Virus record (IMG/VR): IMGVR_UViG_3300012940_000075
Location: 1-31,529 of that record
Origin: a virus
Taxonomy: Duplodnaviria; Caudoviricetes
Strand: one strand, 5' to 3'
Length of the DNA: 31,529 nt
Of this stretch, positions 10,048-19,716 are shown piece after piece; position 1 is the first letter of the stretch; every line of letters starts with the position of its first letter. A program made the position numbers and the translations under genes. The notes beneath the pieces are model-generated. The model was not told where the DNA came from, did not search any database, and was given only the letters and a program-made list of their open reading frames with translations.

Positions 10048-10377
10048 TTATATTGAAACTCCGTTTATTGAAACTGCTCCACCATTATCTACAGCCTCAA
10101 TGTCAAATGACACAATGTTTGCATTGTTCATTATGTATTCTGGCGTTTGTGTGATAATGAGCGTTTTTGCACTTCCTGTTTTGTAGTTAACTGTTACCTT
10201 GCAAGGTTCCGTCGCTACAATGCGTATAGCTGGATAGTTTGAAACTGTAGGCAGAACAACGTTCGTCGGCGAAGCGGCAAACGGTTCAATAATACCGGCA
10301 CCTAACAAGGTTCTAGATTTTGGTTGGTTCATAAACATACGTTTTGGTTCTCCAAGTGCAACATAGGGGACCGCCAT
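10048..10377 (-). CDS. Putative capsid decoration protein
   Basis: Small beta-rich protein directly after the major capsid gene; function inferred from position only. Confidence 0.5.
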   Translation of the reverse strand: MAVPYVALGEPKRMFMNQPKSRTLLGAGIIEPFAASPTNVVLPTVSNYPAIRIVATEPCKVTVNYKTGSAKTLIITQTPEYIMNNANIVSFDIEAVDNGGAVSINGVSI

Positions 10378-10402
10378 TGGCGACCCCCTATGTCCTTGTC
10401 TA

Positions 10403-11383
10403 TTAGCTAAAAGTTTGGTTTGGGTATGTTACGTCGAAAATACCACCGTTTCCTTTAGGAGCTAGAACTTCTAAAGTGAACTTTACGGATAGCTGTTTAC
10501 GTGTAGCTGTACCAGTTCTACCAAGGTCCATAACCTTCACGCCGCTCTTTTCAAGATAGACAATTTTATGCATATCTGAACGAATGACATGAACATCACG
10601 AGTACGGCAGTGACGTGTTGGAAGAACTTTTAGTTTATTGCCAGTTGGTGAAAGGTAGAAATCGATAAAATCGCCTTTCTCACCATTGGCATCTTTAAAC
10701 ACAGCAGCTTTACCGCTAAACCCAACCATGCTCTGAGCCTGACGTGGGTTGATGACGATTGTATCTGGCTCTTTAACTTCACTCTCCATTTCGGAAAGGA
10801 GGCTAACAAGCTGCTGCTCGGTGAACTCGCGCATATTTTCATTTGCTGCGTCAGTTCGTCCAGCAGTGGTTGACCCATTGCCGCCACCTTGGCCAGCATT
10901 GATAAATGCAGTTGTTTTTGCCCATGATGGAAGGCCACGCATCACAGTTGCCTGTGTAGTACCGTTACCAGCATTTGGGTCTTGGTTGCCTAAGGCACCC
11001 TTTTCAACCTGAGCCCGTAGCTCGACAGTTTTATTGCGGATTTCATGAGCCATACGGCCACCTTTTAGGCCATAGCCTTTGGTAGCTTCAGCAGCGTCAG
11101 TGACGACTGGTTCCTCCGTTACCTCAGAAATGTAGTTAGTTTCAAGTGAACCAGAAGTAGGCGCTGTAGCCTGTGAAGGTTGGTAGCCATACACTGATGG
11201 AGAAAAATCGTTATCAGCATATTCTTCTGTATTCCAGCTATGGACGACGTTATGTGCCATGCCAGTGCCGATAGCGTTTACGAAGGGTGTGTTACGGTTA
11301 TCAGCGTTATAGATTGCGTCAACGATATCTTCTTGTTTGTTTGTTAAAGAAGTAGCATTAACTTGGTTTGTAATAATTGCCAT
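10403..11383 (-). CDS. Major capsid protein (DUF5309 / SU10-like, HK97 fold)
   Basis: EDIVDAIY..NTPFVNAIG..HSW..TNYI..ELRAQVEKGAL pattern; 326 aa; AGGAG RBS; follows the scaffold gene. Confidence 0.85.
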   Translation of the reverse strand: MAIITNQVNATSLTNKQEDIVDAIYNADNRNTPFVNAIGTGMAHNVVHSWNTEEYADNDFSPSVYGYQPSQATAPTSGSLETNYISEVTEEPVVTDAAEATKGYGLKGGRMAHEIRNKTVELRAQVEKGALGNQDPNAGNGTTQATVMRGLPSWAKTTAFINAGQGGGNGSTTAGRTDAANENMREFTEQQLVSLLSEMESEVKEPDTIVINPRQAQSMVGFSGKAAVFKDANGEKGDFIDFYLSPTGNKLKVLPTRHCRTRDVHVIRSDMHKIVYLEKSGVKVMDLGRTGTATRKQLSVKFTLEVLAPKGNGGIFDVTYPNQTFS

Positions 11384-11436
11384 TTTTGTATACTCCTAAT
11401 AATAATGATACAAATTTCAAAAATGGCAGCGTCGAT

Positions 11437-12465
11437 CTATGAAAGTAGTTCAGCTAAATCCTTTTCTAAAGCAGAAATATCTCCTTTCTTGCTCGCGCTG
11501 CTTATGCGCTGCTTAAACTGGTTAGATTTCTTCGTTGCCTTGCTCTTTATCTGCTTAACTTTTGGCTTCTGCTCTTTTGCTTTGATGGACTTTTCAGTTC
11601 CTTTCTTTAAAGCAGCTTCCCTAAGCATCAATATCAAGCGGTGATCGCCGTTGTTGATCTCCATTATCTCTTCATCGGTTAAACCGTATTCTCTGAGATA
11701 ATCGACAATCTGTTTGGCTTCCTTTTGCATAACCTCTTGGTCATTCCATTCTGGCAGTGCTGATGAAAGTAGGTTCCGTTCACGTTCAATACGTGCTGCC
11801 GTTTCCTGTTTCTCTTGTTCTGCCTTCTGGCTTTCTAACCACTGCAAAGCATTTGCTCTGCGTTGTAAGTGGTCTATGGTCTGTTGCGCTAGCTGTGGGT
11901 TCTTGGCCCTAAGCTGGGTCACATACTGTTCCATTGTTAGACCGCTTTGTTGGATTTGAGCCATTACAGGGTCTGCAATCTGCATAACAACTGATAAGTC
12001 TTCAGCGCGTTTTGCGATTTCCTTCTCAGCATTCTTGCGGGCTTCCGCTAGTTCTTGTTGCTTGAAGGTGTAGTCCCTATGTCTCATGTATCCGTGTTGA
12101 AGCTCTTTAAACGTAACCTCCATGTCTTCATATTGGTCGCCATTTTTGGCTTTCCATTTGACAATACGCTCAGGGTCAATTTCGTCTTCGACATCGGAAT
12201 TATCTTCCTCTGCTTCGTCTTCGTCACCCTCAGCTTCGGTTTCATCCTCAGCTTCGTCAGTTTCTGCGTCGTCACTTTCCTCTTCATCTGTTTCGGCAGT
12301 CTCTAAAACTTCCTCTTCAGAATCTTGAGCGGATCGTTCGCTAACTGTTTCGTCTGCGTCGGTTTCAGATAAGGCAGCAGCGAGTGCATTTATCCTATCG
12401 TCGCTAGACATTGTTCCGTAATCCACTGTCTCTGTGGATGCTTCATTATTATTGGAGATGGCCAT
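11437..12465 (-). CDS. Capsid scaffolding protein
   Basis: Highly acidic N-terminus, EVTFKELQHGYMRHRDYTFKQQELA motif, coiled coil, LPEW..D; likely start 12465 with AGGAGG RBS. Confidence 0.85.
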   Translation of the reverse strand: MAISNNNEASTETVDYGTMSSDDRINALAAALSETDADETVSERSAQDSEEEVLETAETDEEESDDAETDEAEDETEAEGDEDEAEEDNSDVEDEIDPERIVKWKAKNGDQYEDMEVTFKELQHGYMRHRDYTFKQQELAEARKNAEKEIAKRAEDLSVVMQIADPVMAQIQQSGLTMEQYVTQLRAKNPQLAQQTIDHLQRRANALQWLESQKAEQEKQETAARIERERNLLSSALPEWNDQEVMQKEAKQIVDYLREYGLTDEEIMEINNGDHRLILMLREAALKKGTEKSIKAKEQKPKVKQIKSKATKKSNQFKQRISSASKKGDISALEKDLAELLS

Positions 12466-12523
12466 GTGTTTCCTCCTTACGCCTACAAAATGGGAGATGG
12501 CTAATGTTTCCTCCCTAACCAAT

Positions 12524-12564
12524 AAAAAAATAGTTTTGACCGTTACCGATCAAAACTATTTATA
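12524..12564 (-). promoter_or_regulatory. TATAAATA late-type promoter embedded in a terminator-like hairpin
   Basis: Minus strand TATAAATAGTTTTGATCGGTAACGGTCAAAACTATTTTTTT. Confidence 0.65.
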
Positions 12565-12594
12565 AGGCGCACATGAAATTCGTGCTTGTAACGT

Positions 12595-12921
12595 CTATTC
12601 TTCTTCGTGTGCTGTGTTAATGAGGAATGTTCTGAAATTTTCTAGTCCTTTAATCTTTGCTCGATAGGATGACATTTCCTCAGGATCGCATGACACCATC
12701 TCGTTCATGAGAGCTTGGCGGTAATCCCTAAACAGCACGTTGAACGCAGGACTTTTTAGAATGGTGTTCGTCTGAGATCGCAGTTGTCCTTTAGAGTGCT
12801 GTTTTAACTGCTCGCCTTCTTTGATGAGATTTGAAATTTCATCTTCGTTGATGCCATCTGGTGCATCTGTGAGGCCCATTAAATCCTCGCCTTTGTGTAG
12901 CTTTCTCTTAAACCATGCCAT
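12595..12921 (-). CDS. Hypothetical protein between portal and scaffold
   Basis: ILKSPAF helical motif; usual position in podovirus head modules. Confidence 0.7.
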   Translation of the reverse strand: MAWFKRKLHKGEDLMGLTDAPDGINEDEISNLIKEGEQLKQHSKGQLRSQTNTILKSPAFNVLFRDYRQALMNEMVSCDPEEMSSYRAKIKGLENFRTFLINTAHEEE

Positions 12922-15049
12922 TGGTATTTTCCTCTGGTTTTGTTGCTTGCATGGTATTTATCGCTATTTCATTTTGTGCTTTAGCATCTTCTCTGGCTTC
13001 TTTGTTTGCCATAGCATCTACATCAGCTTGTACCTTGAAGTCCTTCAATCCAAGCTCTTTCGCCTTTAGTTCAACCTCGGCTTGCTTGATAGCCAACTGT
13101 AGTTGTTCAAGACGTAGCTCAGCAGCCTTCACTTGAGAATCGATTTGTAGCTTTTGCTGGTCATATGCAGCATCAAGCTCTACCTCTTTGTTCTTTACCT
13201 GTGCCTGCATGCGGCTGGTTTCAGCATTGAGACGGGCTTGCTCAGTCTCATATTGAGCGATTTGGAGTGCTGGGTCTTGTTGCTGCTCACCACCACCTAG
13301 CATCTTCTGCATGAGCGCCTGTTGCAGCTCTGGTGGGTAGGTTGCTGGATCAACAAGAATTGCCTCTGAACCGTTTGGTAGCAGGCGATCAAGCTGCTTC
13401 TTAGCTAAGGTGTAGATGCTGTTTGGATTTACAAAGAGACCCATTGGGCCGCCTTGGAGCGTTATAAGCTCGCTGATAACTTCGCCGGCTTTCTCAATCT
13501 GTTGGATTTCAAACAGCCTGTCTTGGGTGCCTAAGCCGACATTGATAACGATATCGTACTGGTCATCCCAATCGGTTGGCGTGATAGCTTCCACGTTGCC
13601 CGTTGCTGTAGGAAGCTCAAAGTAATCGCCTTCAGGCATATTGACCTGCGCTACAGCGAGCGTCTTAACAGCAATATCCTTTAGGAACTCGCCAATGTTG
13701 CGGATATAGGACCTCTGCTTGACCTGGCTCTGAGCGATGACCTGTCCCAGCGCGTTGCCTGAGAGGTTCATATTCTCCGGGTCCATTTGAGCTAAGGTTG
13801 GATGGAAGCCCGTTAGCTCGGCCCGTAGTAGGTCAATCTTCTCCAGCATGGGCATCGAGTTGCCCAAAATGCTAGGCGGCGTGAGATACGCAATATCTGT
13901 CTGGGGACTTTGAGCACGGATTTTGGCACCCGGTTCATTATTCGATAGATCACGTAGATCCACGTTTGGGCTAATGACAGGGCGGCCGTTGTTGAGATTG
14001 TATATGTTGTCTAATGTCTGGCGCCATAGGTTGGTCTTTAAGAGCTGCACCATGCGCGTGTAATCGAACCAAGAGCCGCCTATGATCTTATGAGGCTCGG
14101 TCACAAGACATAGGATGCTGTAAGGCTGGATGTTCACAACCTCTCTAGCTAGGATGGTTTTGTCTTTGTCATCGAGGAACTGGAAGAAAGTTAGCTCAGG
14201 CTTGCCGTCACCATCAAAATCGTGGCGGATGTATAGCTGATAAACTGCAACCGTTCCGTCTTCTGTGGTAGGCGAGTAGGTATTTGGTTCATCCCGGATA
14301 ACCTGTTCATCGCTCTTGCAATATTTTACAGCGGCGGAAATTGTTTCTTTGTCCAAGTGAGGGAACTCGGCCTGCAATTCCCATTCTGCGTAATGTGCCT
14401 TCTCACCTACATAGCGAGCACGGTCTAAACACTCGGCGTTTGGATCAAAGATGAAGTTCTCAGGTGCTACGGTAGCTTGCGCAACATAGCTTTTTGGTTG
14501 TGTTCTGGTTACGGTGGTTGAGCCTGTGTCTTCATCGATGTTGATGGAAATGACATCATCTTGATCTTCCAACCAAGCAATGTCCTCGTCTGAAAGAGGG
14601 CCATAAGTCGTAACAACAGTTTCTTCCTCTTCTTTCCAGTATGTCTTTGCAACGCCAATTCTAAGCAAACCAGCGTCTTTTACAGCCGTTTCTAAAATCT
14701 TTTTGCCGTCATTCCGCGTCATGAAGTTGTAGTTCACGTAACGCTGCATGTGCTTCACATGCTGTTGGCTGGATACGCTAGTTGCGCGGAAGGTGAGGGG
14801 ATCACATTGTAGGAATGGCTCTATAACGATGGGTGTTAGGCCGTCTATTACTTCGGCTGTGTCCATCGAAACGTAACGACTCTTGCCTTTCTTTGAGGGC
14901 AGAATTTCAGGATCAGCGTTGTAGAAGCGTAATGCGTCCTCCCGAAAATCGGCCCATTCGTTGTATTGGTCTGTCTCGAAGTTTGCTAAGATTTCATCTA
15001 CGACTTCTCTAACTTCTTCGTCTAACCCATAAAGTCCTTTCTCATCCAT
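12908..15049 (-). CDS. Portal protein (P22/SU10-like, long C-terminal barrel)
   Basis: 713 aa; GKSRYVSMD, KDAGLLRIGVAKTYW, PENFIFDP, INVGLGT motifs; Gln-rich C-terminal coiled coil. Confidence 0.9.
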   Translation of the reverse strand: MDEKGLYGLDEEVREVVDEILANFETDQYNEWADFREDALRFYNADPEILPSKKGKSRYVSMDTAEVIDGLTPIVIEPFLQCDPLTFRATSVSSQQHVKHMQRYVNYNFMTRNDGKKILETAVKDAGLLRIGVAKTYWKEEEETVVTTYGPLSDEDIAWLEDQDDVISINIDEDTGSTTVTRTQPKSYVAQATVAPENFIFDPNAECLDRARYVGEKAHYAEWELQAEFPHLDKETISAAVKYCKSDEQVIRDEPNTYSPTTEDGTVAVYQLYIRHDFDGDGKPELTFFQFLDDKDKTILAREVVNIQPYSILCLVTEPHKIIGGSWFDYTRMVQLLKTNLWRQTLDNIYNLNNGRPVISPNVDLRDLSNNEPGAKIRAQSPQTDIAYLTPPSILGNSMPMLEKIDLLRAELTGFHPTLAQMDPENMNLSGNALGQVIAQSQVKQRSYIRNIGEFLKDIAVKTLAVAQVNMPEGDYFELPTATGNVEAITPTDWDDQYDIVINVGLGTQDRLFEIQQIEKAGEVISELITLQGGPMGLFVNPNSIYTLAKKQLDRLLPNGSEAILVDPATYPPELQQALMQKMLGGGEQQQDPALQIAQYETEQARLNAETSRMQAQVKNKEVELDAAYDQQKLQIDSQVKAAELRLEQLQLAIKQAEVELKAKELGLKDFKVQADVDAMANKEAREDAKAQNEIAINTMQATKPEENTNGMV

Positions 15050-15286
15050 TTACCTTGATAACACCTTTGAAAATAGTTTTTTGGTCTTTGTATATAGCGA
15101 GCTAAAGAAGCCGCCTTGTGGTGGCATGCGCTGTAGCATGACCTCAGCAGGTGTTAGCTGCTTCTCAACTGGTGCGGTTTCCTCTATATGCGCTGTGTCG
15201 AGAACCTCATTAACTGCAATAGGTTCTTCTATGACGCGCGGTGCGCTTCTCTTCTTATTTATGAAAACTTTAACTTCTATACCCAT
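15050..15286 (-). CDS. Hypothetical protein
   Basis: Fills the terL-portal gap exactly, same strand. Confidence 0.55.
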   Translation of the reverse strand: MGIEVKVFINKKRSAPRVIEEPIAVNEVLDTAHIEETAPVEKQLTPAEVMLQRMPPQGGFFSSLYTKTKKLFSKVLSR

Positions 15287-15289
15287 CTC

Positions 15290-16795
15290 TTATAGTACCC
15301 ATGCTACGTCCTCTTCCTCTTCCCATGGCATTCGCTTTTGCTCCTTCTTCCAGTCGGCGCGGAAAGCTAGAGCAACGGCGTCGGAAAGATCAGGACTCCG
15401 TTTAATCTTCTTCTTAATTTTATCTTTAGGGATCATTAGTATGCGGCCACGCATATTGAGCGTTACCTCATGTGCAGACAGTTCCTGTCGCAACATCTCA
15501 AGTGTTGGCAAGTCTATGCTAGAGTTTAAGGCAATTTCATATCGCTTGAACATATTGGCCAAATTCCAATACATCTGAGCGCGTAGGTTTTCAAAACGCT
15601 CAGTATCTACTTCTGATGCATTGTTAAAAACGACTTTGTGAACTGGCAGGTTGTTGTATCGCAACCAATCGTATATTGGTCCGCCGTTTCCTGTGCCATC
15701 TACAAATATCTTGAAAGGTTCTTCGTTTACCTGACGAGCGTGGGAATACTCGTTCATCATGAGGATTTGCAAATCCTCTGCATTGGCATTGGGGATAATC
15801 TTTATCTGTTCAATAACCGGGCCATACCGCTTTACGAGCACGGTTTTATCAGCACCTGTAGTTGCTACGTCTAAGCCCCAAAATCGCTGATCGATGGAGC
15901 TAGGAACAACATCACGATTGCCTACAGCCGTTTGGAACTGCTCAAAAGTAACAAGAACGCTTTCGTCGTCCTTTGGAAATTCGCCCAACACACGAGCCTC
16001 AAACATTGAAGCTGTTTCTGTGCGGCGCTTTGTTTCAATCCATTGCGGAGAAACGCGCTCGTTAGGGTCGTTGGGGTTAAGGGCCGTGTAAGCGCCTGTC
16101 CTTGGGTCTTGTGGCCCATGAAGCTGGTAGTCCAAGCTGCTTACCGTCATCGTGTAGTACACGTCTGACAGCTCTTCAAAAGCTTGGAAGAATGGCCCAT
16201 CCGCATGCAGCGGGTTCCCAACCATGATGAGCTGGGTATTGGGATCCGCTAGAATGGATTCGACAGCATCAAAGCATACCTGTGGAATGCCTGACGCCTC
16301 GTCGATGATGATGCTAGTGCGCTTGCCTCGTACACCTTGCAAGGCTGCTGGGTTGTCCTTAGATGCAGTGCGAAGAACAGCAAACACATGGTCAGGAAAG
16401 AACTTGTGCTTGATAATGCCGCTCTGCGCTTCCAGTAGGACACTGAGCACCTTGTTTTCGGATATGAGCTTGCGGATTTCAGCAAACAGGCCAGCTTGCA
16501 AGTTGTCGAAGGAAGCGCCTGTTATGATGATCTTTAGGTCTGTGCTGAAAACCAGAAGGTAGATGACGAGCCAAGCAATAACAGTACTCTTGCCAACGCT
16601 ATGGCCGGATTTCACTGCTACCCTCGGGCGGTCTTTTGCTTCCTGTAAAAACTCTTCCTGCCACCTATTAGGTGTCTGTTTGAGGATATCGCGGACAAAC
16701 TCTAAAATGTCGCCTTCGTAATCCTTTAAATATGCAAAAAGAGCTTTAATTCGATCTGGTGTTGCTCCGTGGTCAACTTTTTTCCTTGGTGCCAT
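15290..16795 (-). CDS. terL: Terminase large subunit
   Basis: Walker A SGHSVGKST, Walker B IIIDEA, VGNP coupling motif, nuclease motifs WGLDVA, VDGTGNG and SPDLSDA. Confidence 0.95.
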   Translation of the reverse strand: MAPRKKVDHGATPDRIKALFAYLKDYEGDILEFVRDILKQTPNRWQEEFLQEAKDRPRVAVKSGHSVGKSTVIAWLVIYLLVFSTDLKIIITGASFDNLQAGLFAEIRKLISENKVLSVLLEAQSGIIKHKFFPDHVFAVLRTASKDNPAALQGVRGKRTSIIIDEASGIPQVCFDAVESILADPNTQLIMVGNPLHADGPFFQAFEELSDVYYTMTVSSLDYQLHGPQDPRTGAYTALNPNDPNERVSPQWIETKRRTETASMFEARVLGEFPKDDESVLVTFEQFQTAVGNRDVVPSSIDQRFWGLDVATTGADKTVLVKRYGPVIEQIKIIPNANAEDLQILMMNEYSHARQVNEEPFKIFVDGTGNGGPIYDWLRYNNLPVHKVVFNNASEVDTERFENLRAQMYWNLANMFKRYEIALNSSIDLPTLEMLRQELSAHEVTLNMRGRILMIPKDKIKKKIKRSPDLSDAVALAFRADWKKEQKRMPWEEEEDVAWVL

Positions 16796-17000
16796 CGCGT
16801 CCTTGTCTCAACAAGTCGCGCACCCATTCGTCATCACTTAATACATCCGCTACATCCTTGCGGGAGATGTTGTTGACGATGTTGAAAGCTTTTAAAGCTA
16901 TCTTAGGATCATGATGTTGGCATAGCATCTCCAATATGCTGATGTTCTGCATCAGTATCCGTTCAAACGCGGTCTTGTCGAATTTGTCGTTGTTATCCAT
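16773..17000 (-). CDS. Putative terminase small subunit (apparently leaderless)
   Basis: 75-aa ORF overlapping the terL start; ATG lies 5 nt after an ATAAATA box; no SD. Confidence 0.55.
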   Translation of the reverse strand: MDNNDKFDKTAFERILMQNISILEMLCQHHDPKIALKAFNIVNNISRKDVADVLSDDEWVRDLLRQGRDGTKEKS

Positions 17001-17008
17001 ACAACTAT

Positions 17009-17428
17009 TTATTGGGATGCCGCGTTTTTACTCTGCCAATCGTTCCATAGCCTATCGAAACGCTTCTCAAACAAGCGAGCTTCTTTCTCTTTCAGCGGAT
17101 TGTTTTGCTTTAGCTTCTTTGCCAACTGTTCAACTGAAAGGTCAGGATTGTTGGCTTGGATTTGCAGTGCTTGCAGGTAATGGACTAGCTCATGTCCAAG
17201 CTGCATCTGCCTATATGGCTCTGATAGATCGAAAGACTGTGGAACAATGATCTTGAAGTCGCCATTGTCCGCTATGCCAAACACGGGATCAACATGACGG
17301 CCATCAGGTCTGGTAACTAGAACGTCCTCTGAGAAGGTGTCAGGTATGTAAGGCTGGTACTGTTGCAGTCTCTCATCGTTGGCCACTGCGAACTGCATCA
17401 ATTGCAGGGCCAGGGCGGATACGTCCAT
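17009..17428 (-). CDS. HExxH zinc-metallopeptidase-like protein
   Basis: QLGHELVHYLQ followed by E-x-E-A, a minimal zincin pattern; AAGGAGG RBS. Confidence 0.7.
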   Translation of the reverse strand: MDVSALALQLMQFAVANDERLQQYQPYIPDTFSEDVLVTRPDGRHVDPVFGIADNGDFKIIVPQSFDLSEPYRQMQLGHELVHYLQALQIQANNPDLSVEQLAKKLKQNNPLKEKEARLFEKRFDRLWNDWQSKNAASQ

Positions 17429-17486
17429 TCATAAGCGCCTCCTTTTGTAGATTTGCCGTATTTAGTGGATAGGTGCGCTTACATAG

Positions 17487-17518
17487 AAAAATGGCGGCCA
17501 CTACCACATGACCGCCAT
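17487..17518 (-). terminator. Intrinsic terminator
   Basis: ATGGCGGTCA-loop-TGGCCGCCAT followed by a T-run on the minus strand. Confidence 0.75.
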
Positions 17519-17549
17519 CGTTCCCAACCTAAGGAGACCTACTTGGTTG

Positions 17550-17723
17550 TTAGTTGCTATTTGCTTCCATTTCGGGTTCCTTGCTGTCTGCATCCTTCCC
17601 GTAGTACTTGAGATACAAACCATACCCTATAATTGCTATGCCAATTGGCGGAAAAACAAAGAGCGCCGCAAGACCCGCATAAAGGCATAAAGCTGCTACT
17701 GCTATACCAAATATATCCTTCAT
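17550..17723 (-). CDS. Small two-TM membrane protein (57 aa)
   Basis: MKDIFGIAVAALCLY...; AGGGAG RBS. Confidence 0.65.
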   Translation of the reverse strand: MKDIFGIAVAALCLYAGLAALFVFPPIGIAIIGYGLYLKYYGKDADSKEPEMEANSN

Positions 17724-17802
17724 ATTACATCTCCCTAAAACTGCATTTGACAGCAACGATATGTTCTGAAAGCGCACATGTCGAGTAAAACCAGAAGGTT
17801 CA

Positions 17803-18024
17803 TTAATCCTTCTTGTAGATGTTTTTGTCATCCCAAGTGGCACCAAAAACATATGAACCTACTATTGATATGATCGTAATGAAGCCCATAGATACAGCGG
17901 TTTGGTTCACTTCCGTATCAACGCCCGTGTATATGCAATAGGATATAACGCTCGCACTGAACGCCAATGCAGCGAGCATCACTCGTCTCCTTATGCGCCA
18001 TCTGTCATGTGAAATATCGCTCAT
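17803..18024 (-). CDS. Two-TM holin-like membrane protein (apparently leaderless)
   Basis: RWRIRRR + TM + TM + GSYVFGATWDDKN; ATG 5 nt after TTAAATA. Confidence 0.6.
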   Translation of the reverse strand: MSDISHDRWRIRRRVMLAALAFSASVISYCIYTGVDTEVNQTAVSMGFITIISIVGSYVFGATWDDKNIYKKD

Positions 18025-18823
18025 GTCCATATTTAATGGACGGGCGAACATTTTTAGATATGAAGTTATTTTTTAACACACCAGTTACCTTCGGCAACTG
18101 GGTGCGATAAACAACTATATATCTTCGCCGTCAAGCGGCTCGATATATTTCGTTGTTTATCCTTATGTGTTTTTACCTATATGTCGTTCGAACTGATATG
18201 GTCGATATGAAAGATATTTTTTATGGAAATGGTATTTGGTTTGGTGTGATGTATTAATGATATGTAAGAATGCTATTACCCCCCATAGCAGACCAAAACT
18301 GAAATGATCTACTATAGGGGGAGTTGCATGATATGTTGTCATGCTATGTAATCCACAACCACACACGAAACTTGCCGTGCTGCTTGGTAGGTAGGTTAGC
18401 CTGTCACCTTTTATGTGGCACCCCGTGCTTGCGCACCCAACGGTACAAGGTCTACGTCATACATGTTTGTATACCTTGCTACGAGTCATCAATGATACAG
18501 ATGTTGCTCGTTCACTTCGCCTCAAAATGCTATTTGGCACATTAAGGACTTTTCACAATGGCCTGACCATTGGTCGTCTTTGTTTATTCTGGCGCTTGCA
18601 AAGGAGGAGTCTCACTACTACTAAGGTGCGTAATAGGGCCTAACCATCATTGATGGTTCCTTTGGTTCTTTCCAGTCGTCAGCTATCATCCCAACCTTTA
18701 TCGCAGTGGCCTCAGCATATATTCGATATATGTCACGAGAACGTGCTTTAACATAACAACATGATAGTGTGGCTGACATACAGATTTTGGGAGCGATAGG
18801 TGAGCAAAATGATAAATACATAT

Positions 18824-18894
18824 AGCTGACGAGGCTCGCAAAATCCTGTTTGTCAGTGCCGCTGGTGGTAAAACACGCGAGCGGCGTTTTTTTT
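18824..18894 (+). ncRNA. Candidate small RNA
   Basis: ATAAATA at 18812-18818, 5' hairpin GCTGAC/GTCAGT, terminator GCCGCT/AGCGGC + T8, no ORF. Confidence 0.5.
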
Positions 18895-19020
18895 GTAAAA
18901 GTATTTATCTTTTCGCCGCCGCCCATTTTTAAAATCCGCAAAATTTTTTTGTTCTTGTTTTGGTCGACTTTCCGTCGCACGGCTTTATCGTGACGGAAAT
19001 CGACGAAAACGGAGCCAAAA

Positions 19021-19200
19021 ATGCTTACGGACACCCAATTGCAGTTTGCTATGGATCAGTTCTTTTCCGCTTCACAAGCTACTGAAAACAAAAAAGAAAA
19101 TGTTTTGTTTTTGCTTGAAACCGCCGTTAAAACGGTAACTGGGCGGGTTGATGATGCAGCGGTGGTACAACTGGCTACAGCACTTACAATCGAACTCTAA
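19021..19200 (+). CDS. Hypothetical protein, 59 aa (MLTDTQLQFAMDQFF...), absent from the ORF track
   Basis: GGAG RBS, ATG 19021, TAA 19198-19200, followed by a terminator hairpin. Confidence 0.7.
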   Translation: MLTDTQLQFAMDQFFSASQATENKKENVLFLLETAVKTVTGRVDDAAVVQLATALTIEL

Positions 19201-19225
19201 AACAAACCCACATAGCCTTTTTATC

Positions 19226-19264
19226 GAAGGAATGCATTTTGCTCTTGCATTCCTTCTTTCTTTT
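19226..19264 (+). terminator. Intrinsic terminator
   Basis: GAAGGAATGCA / TGCATTCCTTC followed by a T-rich tail. Confidence 0.7.
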
Positions 19265-19345
19265 GTGGTACATACTTCTTCACGCAGTACGCTGCGTCTA
19301 GCTTAGCAATGCCGCTTCGCTAGTTCTTTTAAAAAGGAGAGTGAT

Positions 19346-19690
19346 ATGTACACAATTCTAAAACTGACCCATAACGACACCAAAAAAGTATACGTTAGCT
19401 TCACTGGTAAAAACGATATGTTTTTAAAACGGCTGCAACGTGCTTTCGATCAGCAACGCGCTGATATTCTAGGCATAGCTAGACCGTTGCAGGCTATGCT
19501 CGCGGAAGACTTAGACAGCACAAGCTACACGGTTGAAGCTGTAAAGGTTGTGGACGATAACAGCGCAGCACGGAGAGCAGTTGCTGAGCTGGTAGCTGAG
19601 CTAAAGCAGGCTGGCGTTGTGGTTACAAATACGACGCTTGCAGGCACGGCTAAGAGCTATACGTTTAAGTATCTACCTTTGGCTGCATGA
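19346..19690 (+). CDS. Degenerate GIY-YIG-like protein
   Basis: YTILKLTHNDTKKVYVSFT resembles the GIY-x10-YIG hairpin; later R and E at plausible catalytic positions; AAGGAG RBS. Confidence 0.55.
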   Translation: MYTILKLTHNDTKKVYVSFTGKNDMFLKRLQRAFDQQRADILGIARPLQAMLAEDLDSTSYTVEAVKVVDDNSAARRAVAELVAELKQAGVVVTNTTLAGTAKSYTFKYLPLAA

Positions 19691-19716
19691 CGCAGAACGC
19701 GACAGGCTAGCAGGCA

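Noticed and set aside
2464-16562. Numerous plus-strand ORFs opposite the virion genes
   Set aside because: Antisense shadows of real minus-strand genes
7480-16740. Plus-strand TTAAATA/CTAAATA matches near 7487, 9086 and 16727
   Set aside because: Inside genes, antisense, nothing downstream; counted as chance background for the promoter motif
18826-18845. CTGACGAG hammerhead-like core
   Set aside because: No stem II followed by GAAA
18163-19034. ORF-track ORFs in the 18.1-19.0 kb region
   Set aside because: Overlapping, non-ATG starts, no RBS, low-complexity translations; likely non-coding
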